64,000 nt of DNA, from positions 41,847,398 through 41,911,397 of the forward strand of contig NC_068982.1 in assembly GCF_001194135.2 (NCBI RefSeq), written 5' to 3'. The translations under genes were made by a program, and so were the position numbers. Below are positions 51,104 through 64,000 of the stretch, piece by piece (position 1 is the stretch's first letter; each line of letters opens with the position of its first letter). The notes under the pieces were generated by a model. The model was not told the DNA's origin, ran no database searches, and saw only the letters and a list, made by a program, of their open reading frames with translations. This stretch comes from Octopus bimaculoides (Eukaryota).

Positions 51104-51880
51104 TCTATCCATAAAATTATTCAACCTTACCTTTGCTCTCTTTATCCTTTTGTTTTTATATATTTACATATATATATATAAATATTATCTATGTTCTGTT
51201 ATAAGCACAAGCATAGCTGTCAGTTAAGAACTACACTTTGCAACTATGTTATGTTTTTTGGTTTAATCCCATTGCATGGTAACTTGGGTAAATGTCTTCA
51301 ATTAAAGACCTTAGGCCAATGAATGCACTGTAAGTGAATATTGTAGTCAAAACCAGTACAGAAGCTTGCTGCGACTACTACTACTACAACGACGACGACG
51401 TCTGCTACTGCTACATTGTCGTCATCGTCCACGCTATCATCATCATCATCATTGTCTTAACATCCATTTTACCAAGCTTACATGGGTCAGATGGAAGGAG
51501 ATTTTCTATGGCAGATCCCCTTCCTGTCACCAGCCCTCAACTGTTTTCAAGCAAGGTAATATTTTGCCATGACCAGATATGTCTTTCCACAGAAGACTGG
51601 AAACAAACAACATTGTTTGTATGATGGTGATGCTTATTTTACAATCATGATGTCAAAACAAGGAAACACCACACACCCACACAGATATTCATACATACAT
51701 ACATACATGTATGCACATTATATATGCATGGGCTTCTTTCAGTTTCCATCTTCCAAATTCGCTTACAAAGCTTAGAGACTGGGGCTAGAGCAGAAGACAC
51801 TTGCCCAAGCTGAACCTGAGACCATATGGTTTGAGAGCAAGCTTGTTAACCACACAATTATGCTTGTAACCATGGAAAAC

Positions 51881-52011
51881 TACAGGGTGTCCACAAAATC
51901 TGGGTATATGGAGTAAATAAAATCATAACATAAACAATTAAATATAAGAAATAATAGTATCTTAAAGTATATGTTAATCCCCATGTACCCAGACTTTGTG
52001 GACACCCTGTA
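51881..52011. mobile_element. Tc1/mariner-type MITE (127 bp)
   Basis: 29-bp TIRs CAGGGTGTCCACAAA.TCTGGGTA.ATGG (27/29 match) flanked by TA on both sides. Confidence 0.9.
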
Positions 52012-52239
52012 GAAATGAACATCACCTGTATGATAGTAATATGCATTTACAACCAACATGTGACACCAAGATGAAGGCACACATAAACACACACACATGC
52101 AATGCTATATGACAGTGAGGCAAGGTTTCAGGTTTGATCAAGCATGATCAATATAGGTGAAATAAACAGCGATCTTTGCTCCACACAGAAACTGCAGGAG
52201 CTACTCAGGAGTATTGCAAATTCTTCTGAATCTCGACTA

Positions 52240-52690
52240 GTCATGTTTAATAAATAAATAACTTATTTACCTAAGTTTTAACATCATCTTTGAAATAGTC
52301 ACCTTGCACAGCAATATACCTGTCCCAGCATTCCTGCCACTTTTGGAATCTGGCTTGGAAGTTGTTTTCTGTGAGTTGAGGACCTTTGGTGATTCACCCT
52401 GGATCTCGACAACAGTGTTAAAACAGCAATGTCTGAGCTGCATTTGCCTGTTGGGGAAGAGATGAAAGTCCATAGGTACTAAATCAGGTGAATAGGGTGG
52501 GTGCAGAAGCGATACCATGTTGTTTTTGGCAAGAAACTCATGAATGAGGAGAGTTCAGTAACAGGGTGCTTTGTTGGCATGAAGAATCTTTACATTCCAC
52601 AGATCTGGTTGCTTTTGCCGAATGGCTTGCCTCAAATGCTTCAAAACATTGCAATAGGACTCTCAATTGACAGTCTGGCCTTGGGCATGC
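52240..52690 (-). mobile_element. Mariner transposase remnant
   Basis: GQTVN..YC.VLKHLRQAIRQK.PDLW...HPPYSPDL motif; stops and frameshifts; a short RTE-type tail at 52685-52725. Confidence 0.88.
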
Positions 52691-55600
52691 TAGCATGGAA
52701 AGCGGACGTTAAACGATGATGATGAATACCACATTTCCAGGGGTGACGTTTATGGCAGGTCTTTCAGATTACTCATCATCTTCCAGATGTTCCACTTTTG
52801 AAGTGCTTGTGCTACTCAGAACATTGCCTCATCACCGTAAGCTAACCATATATATATATATGTCTATGTGTGTCTTTGTGGTCTGTATTTGTTCCCCACC
52901 ACTGCTTGATAACTGCTGCTGTTGTTTATGTCCTTGTAACTTAGCAGTTCAGCTGAATAAGTACCAGACTTTAAAATGAGGTACTGGAGTCACTTCATCC
53001 GACTAAAAATTCTTCAAGGCAGTGCCCCAGCATGGCCATAGTCTAATGACTCAAATAACTAACAGTGCAGGAGTTCTTTTACGATTCTCACTTTTTTTAC
53101 AATTTGTTTATTTTTAGAATGACATTGTAGGGTAAGTGTGAGAGGCTGGAGCAGACCAGCTTGAACATAAAACAGGTAGAAAGTTAGGATGGAATATGGC
53201 CAGTCTAAATGCTACAGCAGTGGCTCTTAACCATTTTTTTGCCTATGGACCCCTTTGGTTTCTATTTTACTCAACTGGACCCTAACAAACATTTGATGCT
53301 TAAAAAAGTCTTATTATATTTCTATACTTAAATATTATTAATAATTATATAAAAAAAAATTTAAATGGGGAGTGTAATATTCACAGTATTAAATGGCTGA
53401 GATACGTTTCAGTCACTAGACATGAATATCACAATAATAGGGTTGCAGCCCATATTTTTTATTTTATTTGTTTCAGTTATTGAACTGAAGATATGCTGGG
53501 ACACTGCATAGAAGGCTCCAGTATTTATTTTAAGTCAAGTACTTACTCTATTTATCCCTTTTTGCCAAACTGTCAAGTTATGGAGATGTAAACAAACCAA
53601 CACTAGTTGTCAAGTGATGAAGCACCAACACACAAATTCATATATACACATATATATAATTATATATGTGGGGATACTGTTCATTTAGATGGCTCAGAGG
53701 ACACTCTATATCTCATAAGTTTCATTTTTGCTTTGGCTTCTATGGCTGGTTGTTCTTCCTTAAGGTTAACCACTTTACAGAATGTACTGGGTGTTTTTTC
53801 AAGGAACCAGCAATAAAGAGGTGTCATGTCCTTGACACAATTAAAGGGATCTCCTGCCATCATGTCTGCTTCCCTGGGCTTCTGCACAATTTCCATCTAC
53901 AAGATTTACTAACAAGGCTCTGATTAACCCCAGACTATAGAAGATTCTCAAGGTGCCATGCAATAGGACTTAACCTAAAACTACATAGTTGTGAAGTATC
54001 CTTCTTAACCATACAGCCATGTTGACAATTTGAACTTAATACTACCACTTAGACTGAAGTGCAGCAAGATAGTCTGCTACATCATGATAACCCTTCATAA
54101 TATTGTATTATGTCACTAAAAACCAAGGGCACTGTGGTTAGTATAAAGGCATTATCTTGCCCTTCTGACTATCAGGCATTGACACTGTAACTACTTGGTG
54201 AGCTGAGACTCATGATAATTATTATGAATCTCTTTGGTTAAAAAAAAATCTGGGAAAAGTAAGAATAAATTTTAAGCTTAGTTTGTTGCATAGTTGCAGC
54301 ACACACTTCAAATTGCTAAAAGCAACCACTGATGCTTGAAATGGAAAATGTCAGGACATTTATAAAGAAGAATTTATATAGGACGTATTTAAAAAAAATT
54401 TTCTGCTCATTAAAATGTTTCCATATCAACAAAAAGAGAAACAATTACTAGTAATATGATATCACTGAAAACTAACAACAGCATTTGTTAATTTTCCTCA
54501 GGCGTGTCTTTGCTACTGTTTGCTTTGAGTTAGAGTTCCTAGGTCAAAGCAACTTCTGATACTGAGAACAGAATTTCAACAGAGAAACTCCTCGGAATAG
54601 AATTAGCTAGGGTTCTACTGCAATTATAAAGATCTGATTTGTATAAATGACATTTAAATTTGGCAAGCAGTCATTATCATCATCATCCTCCTCATTGTTT
54701 CAACGTCCACTTTTTTATGCTTGCATGGGCTGGATGGAATTTGTTGAAGCAGATTTTCCACAGCCTGATACACTTTCTGCTGCCAGCCTCCAACTGTTTC
54801 AATGTAAGACCAGACATGTTTTCATGGAAGATTGGAATCAAAGGACACCACTTGCATGATGGTGACATTTGCTTACAACTATCAGATGATGTCAAAGCAA
54901 GGAGACAGTAACACACACACACACACGACAGGCTTCGTTAAGTTTCTATCTATCATATTCACTCAGAAGTGTTTGGTTGGCCCAGGGCTTTAGTAGAAAA
55001 CACTTGTCCAAGGTGGAACTGGACCCAAGATCACATGGTTGGGAAGCAAACTACTTACCACACAACCAAGTTATTAAAAACTTTGAAACCACAACTGAAT
55101 ACTGCAAAGATGGATAGCAGTCAACAGAATCTGAAGATCAGAGTCCACTATAGTGGTGAGTGAAAAAGCAGAGAGAGAGAGGATATAAGTAAATGATTTC
55201 TCAGTGATTAAAAATAGAGCAGTAATTATACTGTGTAACATGGTTTTCGTTCATGGGTAGCAACAATTATTTCTTATTTGCTTATCGCTAGAAAGTATGA
55301 AAAATGGCTAACATTTACTTCAAATTTTGCTTTTGTTACATATATTCAAACCCCCAAAGAAGCCCTCTCAATACATGGCTATGATGCTCTTCCACTACTT
55401 CTGCTCATGATCAGAGATGCACATATTGTCAGCCATTAAGGGACATGCTCAAGTGGTTAAGGTTAAGCAACTGACAAGCAAATTTGTGATATTGAGGAGA
55501 ATATTTACTATAACGATAACTTTGCTTCTGCAACTCAGCACTGAATCTGTTTGAAATGTAATGGAAAACAGGTCAGTTTCAAAACATTGATGCCCAAGCG

Positions 55601-58600
55601 ACAAAAAGCAAAGTCTGAAAGAATAATCATCATTTCCTTTGATTTGTAGATAGAAGCCAATAGGAAATAACACTGACCAAAGACAAAAAAAAAAAAAAAA
55701 TATTGGTACAGTGTTATCAAATAGATCCATACTGTATATTCTGGTATACAAGTTGACATGATATATAGTTTAACTCTTTAACATTTAAACTGGCCATATC
55801 CGGACGAAATATTCTACCAGCTTTATTTTCAAACTGGCCAGATTCAGCCTCTTATCCTAAAATATTATTCTAGAAATAAACAATCACGTCATTGAAATCT
55901 CAAAGCTACAAAGTAATGCATAACTAATTCGAAATAATGTTTATAAAAAAAGCATTATATTTGATAGAGAAATCTGAATACTAAATGTTTAAACATTCAA
56001 ACGCTGTCGCTATCTTTCCAAATCCTGATGCATTTCATATGAAATTTTTGGTCCTCCAAAGTCATCTTGGTGTATAAATCAACTCACCTCATTTTGGCTC
56101 TGAGTTTTGGTCTGGAAACTTTTGGCTTGTATGTTGGAAAATGTAGCTTTTTTTGTTCTTGTTTTGAATGTGATGAAAGTATGTTCAAGATCGAAGTCTG
56201 TTTCCATTTGGTATTCAAAACATAATTCTAAACAGCTGTTTAGTAGATAAAAGCAGCCTCATATTGGCATATGGCAGATAACGCAAACATGATTATAAAT
56301 TAATAAAGTAAGCCAAATTAAATCTATGATAAGCTAAATTAAGTCTATGTCAGTGCAATAATTTAGGTCCAACACAAAGCAAAGAAAAAGTAAATAGGTC
56401 AAACACAAGGCAAAATAGGCACAAAACAAAAGGAGGAAAAAGTTAATGCAGTTATGCTGTGGAGGAAGAAAATCAATGTTTTGAACAGTTGCTCTTTATC
56501 AAGACAGGAGAAATAAAAGAAAAAATATTGGAAGGTAAAAATAACACAATGTTAAGTCAGAGATGCAAAATGTTTGAATAGTAGGAAGTGAGAGGAGTAA
56601 GAATGTTTTTCAGCATAGAAAAATAAGCAGTAGGGAAAGTAAACATGACAGCCATGAGCGGGTGTAGTAGAGTAAAGTATGTTTATGTATATGTGAGAAT
56701 GAAATGTAATAAAGTATATTTAAAATTGTGTGAGCAAATATTGAGAGTAGTGTTTTAATATATATACACAATAGTGAGGAATAGATGTATGGTGGTGTGG
56801 TATGATGTTACTGGGTAGTGTGAGCAAGACATAGTGTATAGTGGACACGTATTACAGTGTGTCAGAGTGTATGAGTCTGCTCCTGTAACAACACTTGTTC
56901 TTTTATTCAGGACACCACCATCCTATCTGCACCTAGGTCAATTTTCCAGGTTATGGAATGCTTCACTAGCTTCTCCAAAAATGTCATGTACTACATTAAA
57001 AACCAACCTGGTAGCTTACTGCATATAGAGGAAATGATTGATCATTTTAATATTTGTTGGATGTCCAATGCAACAACATTAGGTCACTTAGGCCTGAGAT
57101 TTGTCACTTCCATTCTTGAAGACAGTTTCATGTCGCTGTTTGTAACATATAACACCATGGGGCTCCTATTTCTTGGTTTCATTATAAATAACAATGTTCT
57201 GCTGAAACACAGCTGCTGGCATTAATAACTTATATTTCTCTAAAACACTTTTCACACAAATAAATACCAATATCTGCACTTCACAACTTTTCTATCCATA
57301 TCCTTTACAACCCATCTCTATAGCCTACTCATATGGCTTACTACTATCACCACATCTATATTCCTTTCTATTGCATTCATACACACACATGTACATAAAC
57401 ATACTTCACCATATGTTTTCCATGCTTATTTTCCTTACCTCACAGCCACTCTTCTATGCTGAAAAATAACTTTTACTTCACTCACTTTCTGTCTGTCATT
57501 TAAAAATGTTGCATCTCTGACACCCAACATCATGTCTTTTACCAATTTTTTAGTTCCCATCTTCATCCTTTAGCTCTAACAAAGGGTAATTGTATGAAAT
57601 ATCCTTTCTTTCAAAGGAACAAAATTGAATTTTTATTCATTTTTGTTTTTCTGTTTTGCTCAAGATTTATCCACAAATTTACAAAATCTTGCAAAGCATA
57701 AACATGCATAAAACAATTATTTTTCAGCTGTGAATAGATTGCCAAAACAATTAGCCCAAATTGAGAATTGCTTACAGAGTTAAATAGCATTATGCAGTTT
57801 ACTCCCAACAAATAAATAACACCTGTATTTTGTTGCCATTAAACATTATTAGTTTGTCTTAACATAAAAAGAGATAAACAATAGAATCTGATGCCTGTTC
57901 TGAATTGCTAATTTTAGCATCAGACAAAGCATTGGATTTAAAACATACAAAAGAATTAGGAGTTGTGTCATTTGCACAAGGGTGAAGGGATTAGTAAAGA
58001 CTCTCATAAAAAGATAGAAAGATGACAGGTCTTAGGGAACAATAATGGTAATCTCTCAATCCAAGAAAGACAGTTCTGTAATTTCTGCAGAACAACTTGC
58101 ACAGATGATTTATTTATTGTGATCAAATGTTTGTGTTACACATAAGCATGTTACCTTCATCAAATTGACATTGCCTGTATAGGTACATGGTGTGCCACAT
58201 GTCAGATGTCAAAGTAATTGCAGAGCAACATGAGATGAAGTATTTTGTTCACCACAATGCACCGTCTGGTCTGAGAATCAGACCTACGATCTTGCAATCT
58301 TAAGTGCCACAACCTAATTACTAGGTCACATGTCCTCACTAAACAAACAAAAGAGTTGATATCCACTTTTAATATTAACATAATCATGAAATGATCATTG
58401 AAGACATTTTAAACCCATATAGACATTCTACAAAGAAAACAACAAAAACAAAATAAGCAGGCTACATTTAGTCAAAGGCTTTGCTATTATCAGATGTAAT
58501 ATAAAGCCTTCATTTTGTTGTAGTTTTCTAAAAGCATCATTATCCTCATCACCCTTGTTTCAATCTCTACTTTTCCATGCTTGCATAGGTTTGACAAGGG

Positions 58601-60601
58601 TATGTTGGGGCAGAGTTTTCTACAACTGGATGCCCTTCCTGTTACCAATTTCCACTGGTTTTCAAGTGAGGTAATAATCTCTCAGTCTATTGAACGACAA
58701 ACAGCCTAGACAAGCTTTCATGGAGGACTCCAAACAAATGACACCATCAGTAAAAACATCATTTACAAGCGAACACATTAAGATGAAGAAAATACAAACT
58801 CACACAAGCACACACATATTCAGTTTCTCTCAACCAAATCCACTCACAAGGCTTTGATCAGCCTGGCACTTCAGTAGATAACACTTGTCCGAGGTGTTAT
58901 GTGGTGGGACTGAACACAAAAGCACATCCCTAAGGAACCTCAGGGTATAGTAGAAGTAAATCATTCTTAATGATTGATTGCGTCATATTAGGAATGTTGG
59001 AAGAGACAAAAACTGTATATTACCTTAGGAAATCTGAAAGTTCTCTCTTGAGGTGAGAATGGAGCATAAAGTTGCAAGCTCATATGATTATAGACACAAG
59101 ATCAAAGAGTAAGAAGTTGAATGGCTTGATCCTGTAATCACTTTAAGGTAAACAGCTCTGTAGATTTGATGGTGTTGATGAAGGGAAATATGGCAAACTT
59201 AGTGCCTGAATAAACTAAGATGTGGATACCAATCCATGCCAAAAAAAAATGTAGATCAAGTATCTGTTGTTTTGAAAAGTGTTGGAAGCAAAAGTGTTTG
59301 GCTTAATAAAATATATAATGTATTATTACTAATGTGAAAAGAAATCAGTGTAAATGAAAAGTTGTACTGTAAATATATATTTTAATTATCAAAATAATTA
59401 CATACTTGCTGTATATTACATGTATATAACTGGTACACATTATGAATAATTGATAGTGAAAAGAGAACAACAATTTCCTAATACATTAGTAAATTCATTT
59501 AAATTTAGCTGATATTAAGTGAGGCAGCACTTTAGGAAAATTTTGGAATTAAATCATTATCTATAGCAACAAGCATATTCTTCAGAAGTTTAGGATAGTG
59601 ATATTGCCAAAATTATACTGTAATAGTAGTGAAGGAGGACTAGTCTTAATAAATTAATGAAAGTTGCTGAGTTTAACAGGTGAGATGGATGTAACAACCT
59701 GTAAGCATTGTATAATCAACAGCAGAAACCCAACCAGGAAATGTTAAGTGCTTTAACCTACAATAACCTTTAATAAGATAAAAAGGTTAACAGAAAACTG
59801 ATATGTTATGTTATTTATTAAAACACAGAATTTCAAACTGGTATAGTTATAATTTATGTGCAACAAATTGATTGTAAGGAAAAGCAACTTGTATGTTCAC
59901 TACTGACTGGGATTTGGCAACAGACGTTATAGTCGAACTGCAAAAGTGTAATGCAGCTAGTGGTACAACCCACTTTATTTTGTGCGAAATTTAGTACTCT
60001 TAACAATCACAAATATCATGGTTGAATGGTTAGAGCGCTAAGCTTCTGACTCACAACATTCATAGCCTTAATTTTGGCCAAGGCAGCTGGATTCACTTGC
60101 TTCAGAATATCTTGATGAAAATTAAAATTATCAGTGCCACTTGATGCTATACTAACAAGTGCTAAAAAACTGAACCAAGCATTAAAGAATCCTCTTATAA
60201 AAATACAATATAATTTCAAATCTATGCTACCTTAAAAATAGAGTGGAACAAAAAAATGAAACTAGGACTCTATTTTAATATTAATATGAGGAAATTTTGT
60301 TTTTATATCTCAAATTTACAAATAGATAATTTGGATATTTAGAAGAGAACAATTCCAACAAGTATGAATTTGGAGCTATCTTTGATATTTCTCTCTAACA
60401 ACAAGTAAACTTACTTAAAAAGATTTTTTATNNNNNNNNNNNNNNNNNNNNNNNNNNNNNNNNNNNNNNNNNNNNNNNNNNNNNNNNNNNNNNNNNNNNN
60501 NNNNNNNNNNNNNNNNNNNNNNNNNNNNNNNNNNNNNNNNNNNNNNNATATATATATCATCATCATCATATATATATATATATATATATATATTATTTCA
60601 G

Positions 60602-60821
60602 AAAAAACTTTACAAAGTAAGAAAACTGTGAAAGTTCTAAGTTTGTGTAAAGGTATCGGTCGTTCCAAAGTAATATGTGCAGAAAAAGGGGAAAGAAACA
60701 ACAGAAGCAAACAAATATGGGATGTTGATAAGGTGACATGTAGTGTTTGTCCTGAAGAAGTAACCATCACACATTCACACAAAAGGAAAGATATTCAGGA
60801 AGTCAAAATAATGTTAGAGAG
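60602..60821 (+). CDS. Candidate internal exon of an unidentified plus-strand gene (KTLQSKKTVKVLSLCKGIG...TCSVCPEE...EVKIMLE)
   Basis: Acceptor tattatttcag|, donor GAG|gtaatt, 220 nt open, phase 1 to 2; no family recognised. Confidence 0.4.
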
Positions 60822-60849
60822 GTAATTTTTACCATTATCCTCATTATCA

Positions 60850-60882
<33 letters not shown>

Positions 60883-61069
60883 TTTTTTTGCAAATTATTT
60901 GTTTTCATTTTGATTTTTGTTTTTAACATGAAAATAAATTACAAGAATTAGAGATAATTTCAAAAACATGACAAATGGATACAGAATTAGTAGAGAATAA
61001 TATATTAGGTTCAGAAACTGTTATCAGTCATGGTCAAACCATATCATCATACACACTGTTTAGTTTCAG

Positions 61070-61097
61070 ATATCACTGGAAAACAGAAACAGGCTGA
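61070..61097 (+). CDS. Candidate terminal exon of the same plus-strand gene (R-YHWKTETG*)
   Basis: Acceptor tttagtttcag|, phase 2 matches the previous exon; AATAAA at 61194-61199. Confidence 0.3.
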
Positions 61098-61237
61098 AAG
61101 GTCTAGAAGCTGCTCAAGACTTCCATTTGTTTTTTTTAGATTTTAGTTGAATTTTCAGAAGTTTATTTCAAAATAATTTTTATGTAAAAATTAAATAAAA
61201 ATGTATTTAATAGAAATATGTTTGAATTTAATATAAT

Positions 61238-61247
61238 TTTATTTATT
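61238..61247 (-). terminator. Two adjacent AATAAA polyadenylation signals for JAGN1
   Basis: TTTATT at 61238-61243 and 61242-61247, about 100 nt downstream of the stop. Confidence 0.5.
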
Positions 61248-61346
61248 AATTTTCTTTCATTTTTGTTTTCTGTTTTTTTTTTGTGTTCTTTTTACTTTTT
61301 TTTCCCTTTTCTTTCAAATTTCAAGTCGTATCATCTGCAATTAATG

Positions 61347-61827
61347 TCACTTCGTTTTCTTTTTCCTGGGTTTCCAGGCTTTGATTAATTGTATAGAGAA
61401 ATATAAGCCTAGCCCATGGATTTGTGCTGAGATAGCCAAAAACATAAACCAGATAAGAACAGCAGGAAAACCAAGCATCTTGGATGATTGTTGTTTATTC
61501 ATGATGTAATCATAAAAGTCATCTCCTTGATCAACAAATCCATATAGGACAGGTAAAACTCCAAACACAACACTACCAATAATGTATTGTTTAATGAGGA
61601 TTGTGTCGTTCTTAGCCATTGCTTTCCATCCCAAGTAGGCAGATAATGAGCTTATGAACCAGATGTATTCCCATGGTCTGGCATTTGGGACATCCCATTT
61701 GCGAATTGATTCTAGAGATGATGTCCCCAGGAAGGCAACCAAGCAGGGCAGAAGGCGTATAAACATGAGAATGGATAGCATCGAGTGTATAACAATATCA
61801 AACTTCAGCCGAGACTTATTTATGCAA
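61347..61827 (-). CDS. JAGN1: Protein jagunal homolog, last coding exon (CINKSRLKFD...PWEYIWFISS...QIHGLGLYFSIQLIKAWKPRKKKTK*)
   Basis: Recognisable jagunal motifs (WEY, QIHG..YF...L..AW, C-terminal KKxK ER-retrieval signal); acceptor ttttgtttttcag| with a phase-2 Ser codon; exon 1 lies outside the window. Confidence 0.92.
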
Positions 61828-63631
61828 CTGAAAAACAAAAAAAAAAAAAAAGCAAGCAAGTTAATTGGAGTAAAATTTGAAACATAAAAAATGATTTAGA
61901 AAAATAAGTTAACTCGTAATATATATTAAAAAAATGTGACAAAAGATTCTACCTCAGGTGAACTCAACTAAAACAATAAAGACAAATACATACATATATG
62001 CAAACAAACCCATTATCATTGGTCATCATTGTCTAAGATCCATCTTTCATGCTACCATGAGCTGGACGGTTTGATAGGAGTTGTTAGGCTAGAAGACTGT
62101 GCCAAGCTCTTCTGTCAGCTTTGGCAGGATTTCTATGGTTGGATGTCCTTACTAATGCCAACCACTTTACACAGTATACTGGGTGCATTTTCGAGGACAC
62201 CAGCACTAGCAAGGTTACCAAGTAACTTGCAAGTGATGAGAGGTTAGTGTATGACAGAGGCCTTGCAGTAGAGGAGGTACATGGCTACCTCATACACACA
62301 CACATATGCATGCACATGCTGGAGAGCTGTACCAGGTTGCAATTGTCTCTTTTGGCATGGTTTCTATGGCTGGATGCCCTTCCTAAAGACAACAACCTTA
62401 GAGTGGACTGGCTGCTTTTTACATGCCACTGGCACACACACACATATATGTATATAAATGAGAGAGAGAGAGAGAGAGGGGGGAGGAGAGAATGTAAATG
62501 TTGCATTCCAAATACTTTTACACATTTTTAAAGCATAAATTGCAATTAGGAGAAATGTGCATTGTAAAACTCAGCTACTAGTTTGAGATTTTGTGTCTTA
62601 GACTTTCAAATGCTGTAGATGTTAGCAAGATCTTTCTTTTCATATCTTCCAATCAATTTGGTACAACAGTCAGAAGACACAAATTGTGCAGCATATTCTA
62701 CTTCAGAGCAATCCAATGTGAACATTTCCTTGCAAAGTGACATATTCTTGCCTGATTGCATCATTTATTTTCATACTCCAATTATTATTATTTTTATTTA
62801 CATGCTTTACCTAATTGTTTAGTGGATATTTTCAATTTGTCAAAGATACTAAGGTTGCATCACCAACATATCTAATATCTACTGATAGTATTTATGAATG
62901 CCAGATTTTATCCACATCTTTTAGTTCATTTATGACAAATTCTAGGAAGATCTCAAAGTGGTTGGGAAAAGCATGCAACCCTATCTGAGATCCATATGTA
63001 CTTCAAATCAATCTGTTAGCGGATGTTCCATGACTACAGCAAACCTATATAATTTGCACTATCTTTAGGCGTAGATATTCTAGAGGGCCTTAGTTTCTTC
63101 TGCCATATTATTTGAAAGGGAGCTGTAATGCAGGAAAATGTGCACAATAATATAAGGCTCTTATTGCACAGGTATCTTCTGCAATGTTGATCTTGGACCC
63201 CTAAAATGTATGCCAACAGGAATATATCTGAATGTGCTTGAAAGCTTCTAGCTATGTTTCAGTAGCAAATGAGTGAGAAAATTAAATATAAACAATTCTT
63301 TCAACAATGCTAAAAGTAGAGAATAAAACAAAATAGATGATTGTTTGATGTCAAGCCTTTTTGATACCAACTCATTTGAGACTGCTTTGGGTTCTATGAT
63401 ACAAACTACCTGTTTTAAAGTTATCTGCGTTAGAAACTTGTATGAAAATTTAATATTTATGCTCCAATCATTGGTTTAATAACGACAAAGTTATTTTTAT
63501 TAAATTCTTTATTATGCTCAAAATTAAATAAAATAAAAAAAAAAAATTTCAGCAGGAATATGGCAATAAGAGGGTTAAGTCAGTGATATAACTTAGTACC
63601 AGACACTTTCCACTGAAAGACAAATAAGTTA

Positions 63632-63867
63632 TTTTACCCTTTAGCATTCAGATTCTTTCGTAAAATGTATTGCTTATTAATTCACATTGTTTTGAATTAA
63701 CCATGCATCATCTTGTAGCTTCAAGATTTCTCAAAGGTGTGTTTGTATACTTTTGGAATGACATTGTAGGGTAAGTGTAAGAGGCTGGATCTGGTCAGTT
63801 TTTTTTAAACATAAAGCAGGTAGAATATTTGGGCCAGATATGGCTGGATTAAATGGTAAAGGATTAA
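63632..63867. mobile_element. TTAA-ended, piggyBac-like MITE family; other copies near 870-1080, 30770-31010, 53100-53215 and 55770-55992
   Basis: Ends resemble (tt)aaccctttagcattcag...aaagg(g)ttaa; shared core ccagatccagcctctcacac. Confidence 0.6.
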
Positions 63868-64000
63868 ATGTTTGAGATTACAACAAATGTCCAAACAGTG
63901 GTTTTAGACATCTAAGGAATTTTGATTTTATGAAATACATACTGTAAACTCTTCATATGCTATCTGCACTGATGTTATTACAAATGGATATGATTGCTTT

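Larger units (their letters stand above)
50390..51172. mobile_element. Palindromic, probably Penelope-type inverted terminal-repeat structure
   Basis: 50390-50558 is the near-exact reverse complement of 51005-51172; perfect 31-bp hairpin at 50849-50915; hammerhead-like motif in each arm. Confidence 0.65.

Noticed and set aside
60055-60161. Minus-strand exon-like segment (LVSIASSGTDNFNFHQDILKQVNPAALAKIKAMNV|gtgagt)
   Set aside because: Good donor but no recognisable protein and no supported upstream exon; it conflicts with the plus-strand candidate. Unresolved without RNA data.
5534-60782. Long ORFs containing X runs (for example 35856-36860, 42999-43838, 31604-32394, 49329-49988)
   Set aside because: Artefacts of N gaps and (TA)n/(TG)n microsatellites; only the first coding exon inside 42999-43838 and the RTE piece at 31648 are real signal.

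Overview
AT-rich, repeat-dense animal genomic DNA with 12 N gaps. The SINE/RTE/Penelope repertoire and microsatellite load suggest a coleoid cephalopod, probably Octopus (inference). Most listed ORFs are gap, microsatellite or TE artefacts. Reading splice sites by hand recovers a 9-exon minus-strand gene (ATG 43811 to TGA 15455, about 28 kb, 291 aa) that the ORF track largely misses. All eight introns are GT-AG and phase-compatible. The protein is an SNX17/SNX27/SNX31-type atypical FERM domain (F1-F2-F3) with no PX or PDZ domain upstream of its ATG. It ends in a WTNPLFGYGSLT* tail resembling the NPxY/F ligands this FERM class binds. The window also holds the last coding exon of jagunal (JAGN1, minus, 61347-61827) and a weaker candidate plus-strand gene that would end tail-to-tail with it. 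Mobile elements include Tx1/L1, RTE, R4-like and Penelope-like retroelements, a mariner remnant, several MITE families and at least four SINE-like families. Two Penelope-type inverted structures carry minimal hammerhead-ribozyme motifs with non-canonical cores: one with an A3-U8 pair, and two with C4 inside a long palindrome. Gene and TE family calls come from motif recognition, not database searches, and TE boundaries are approximate.
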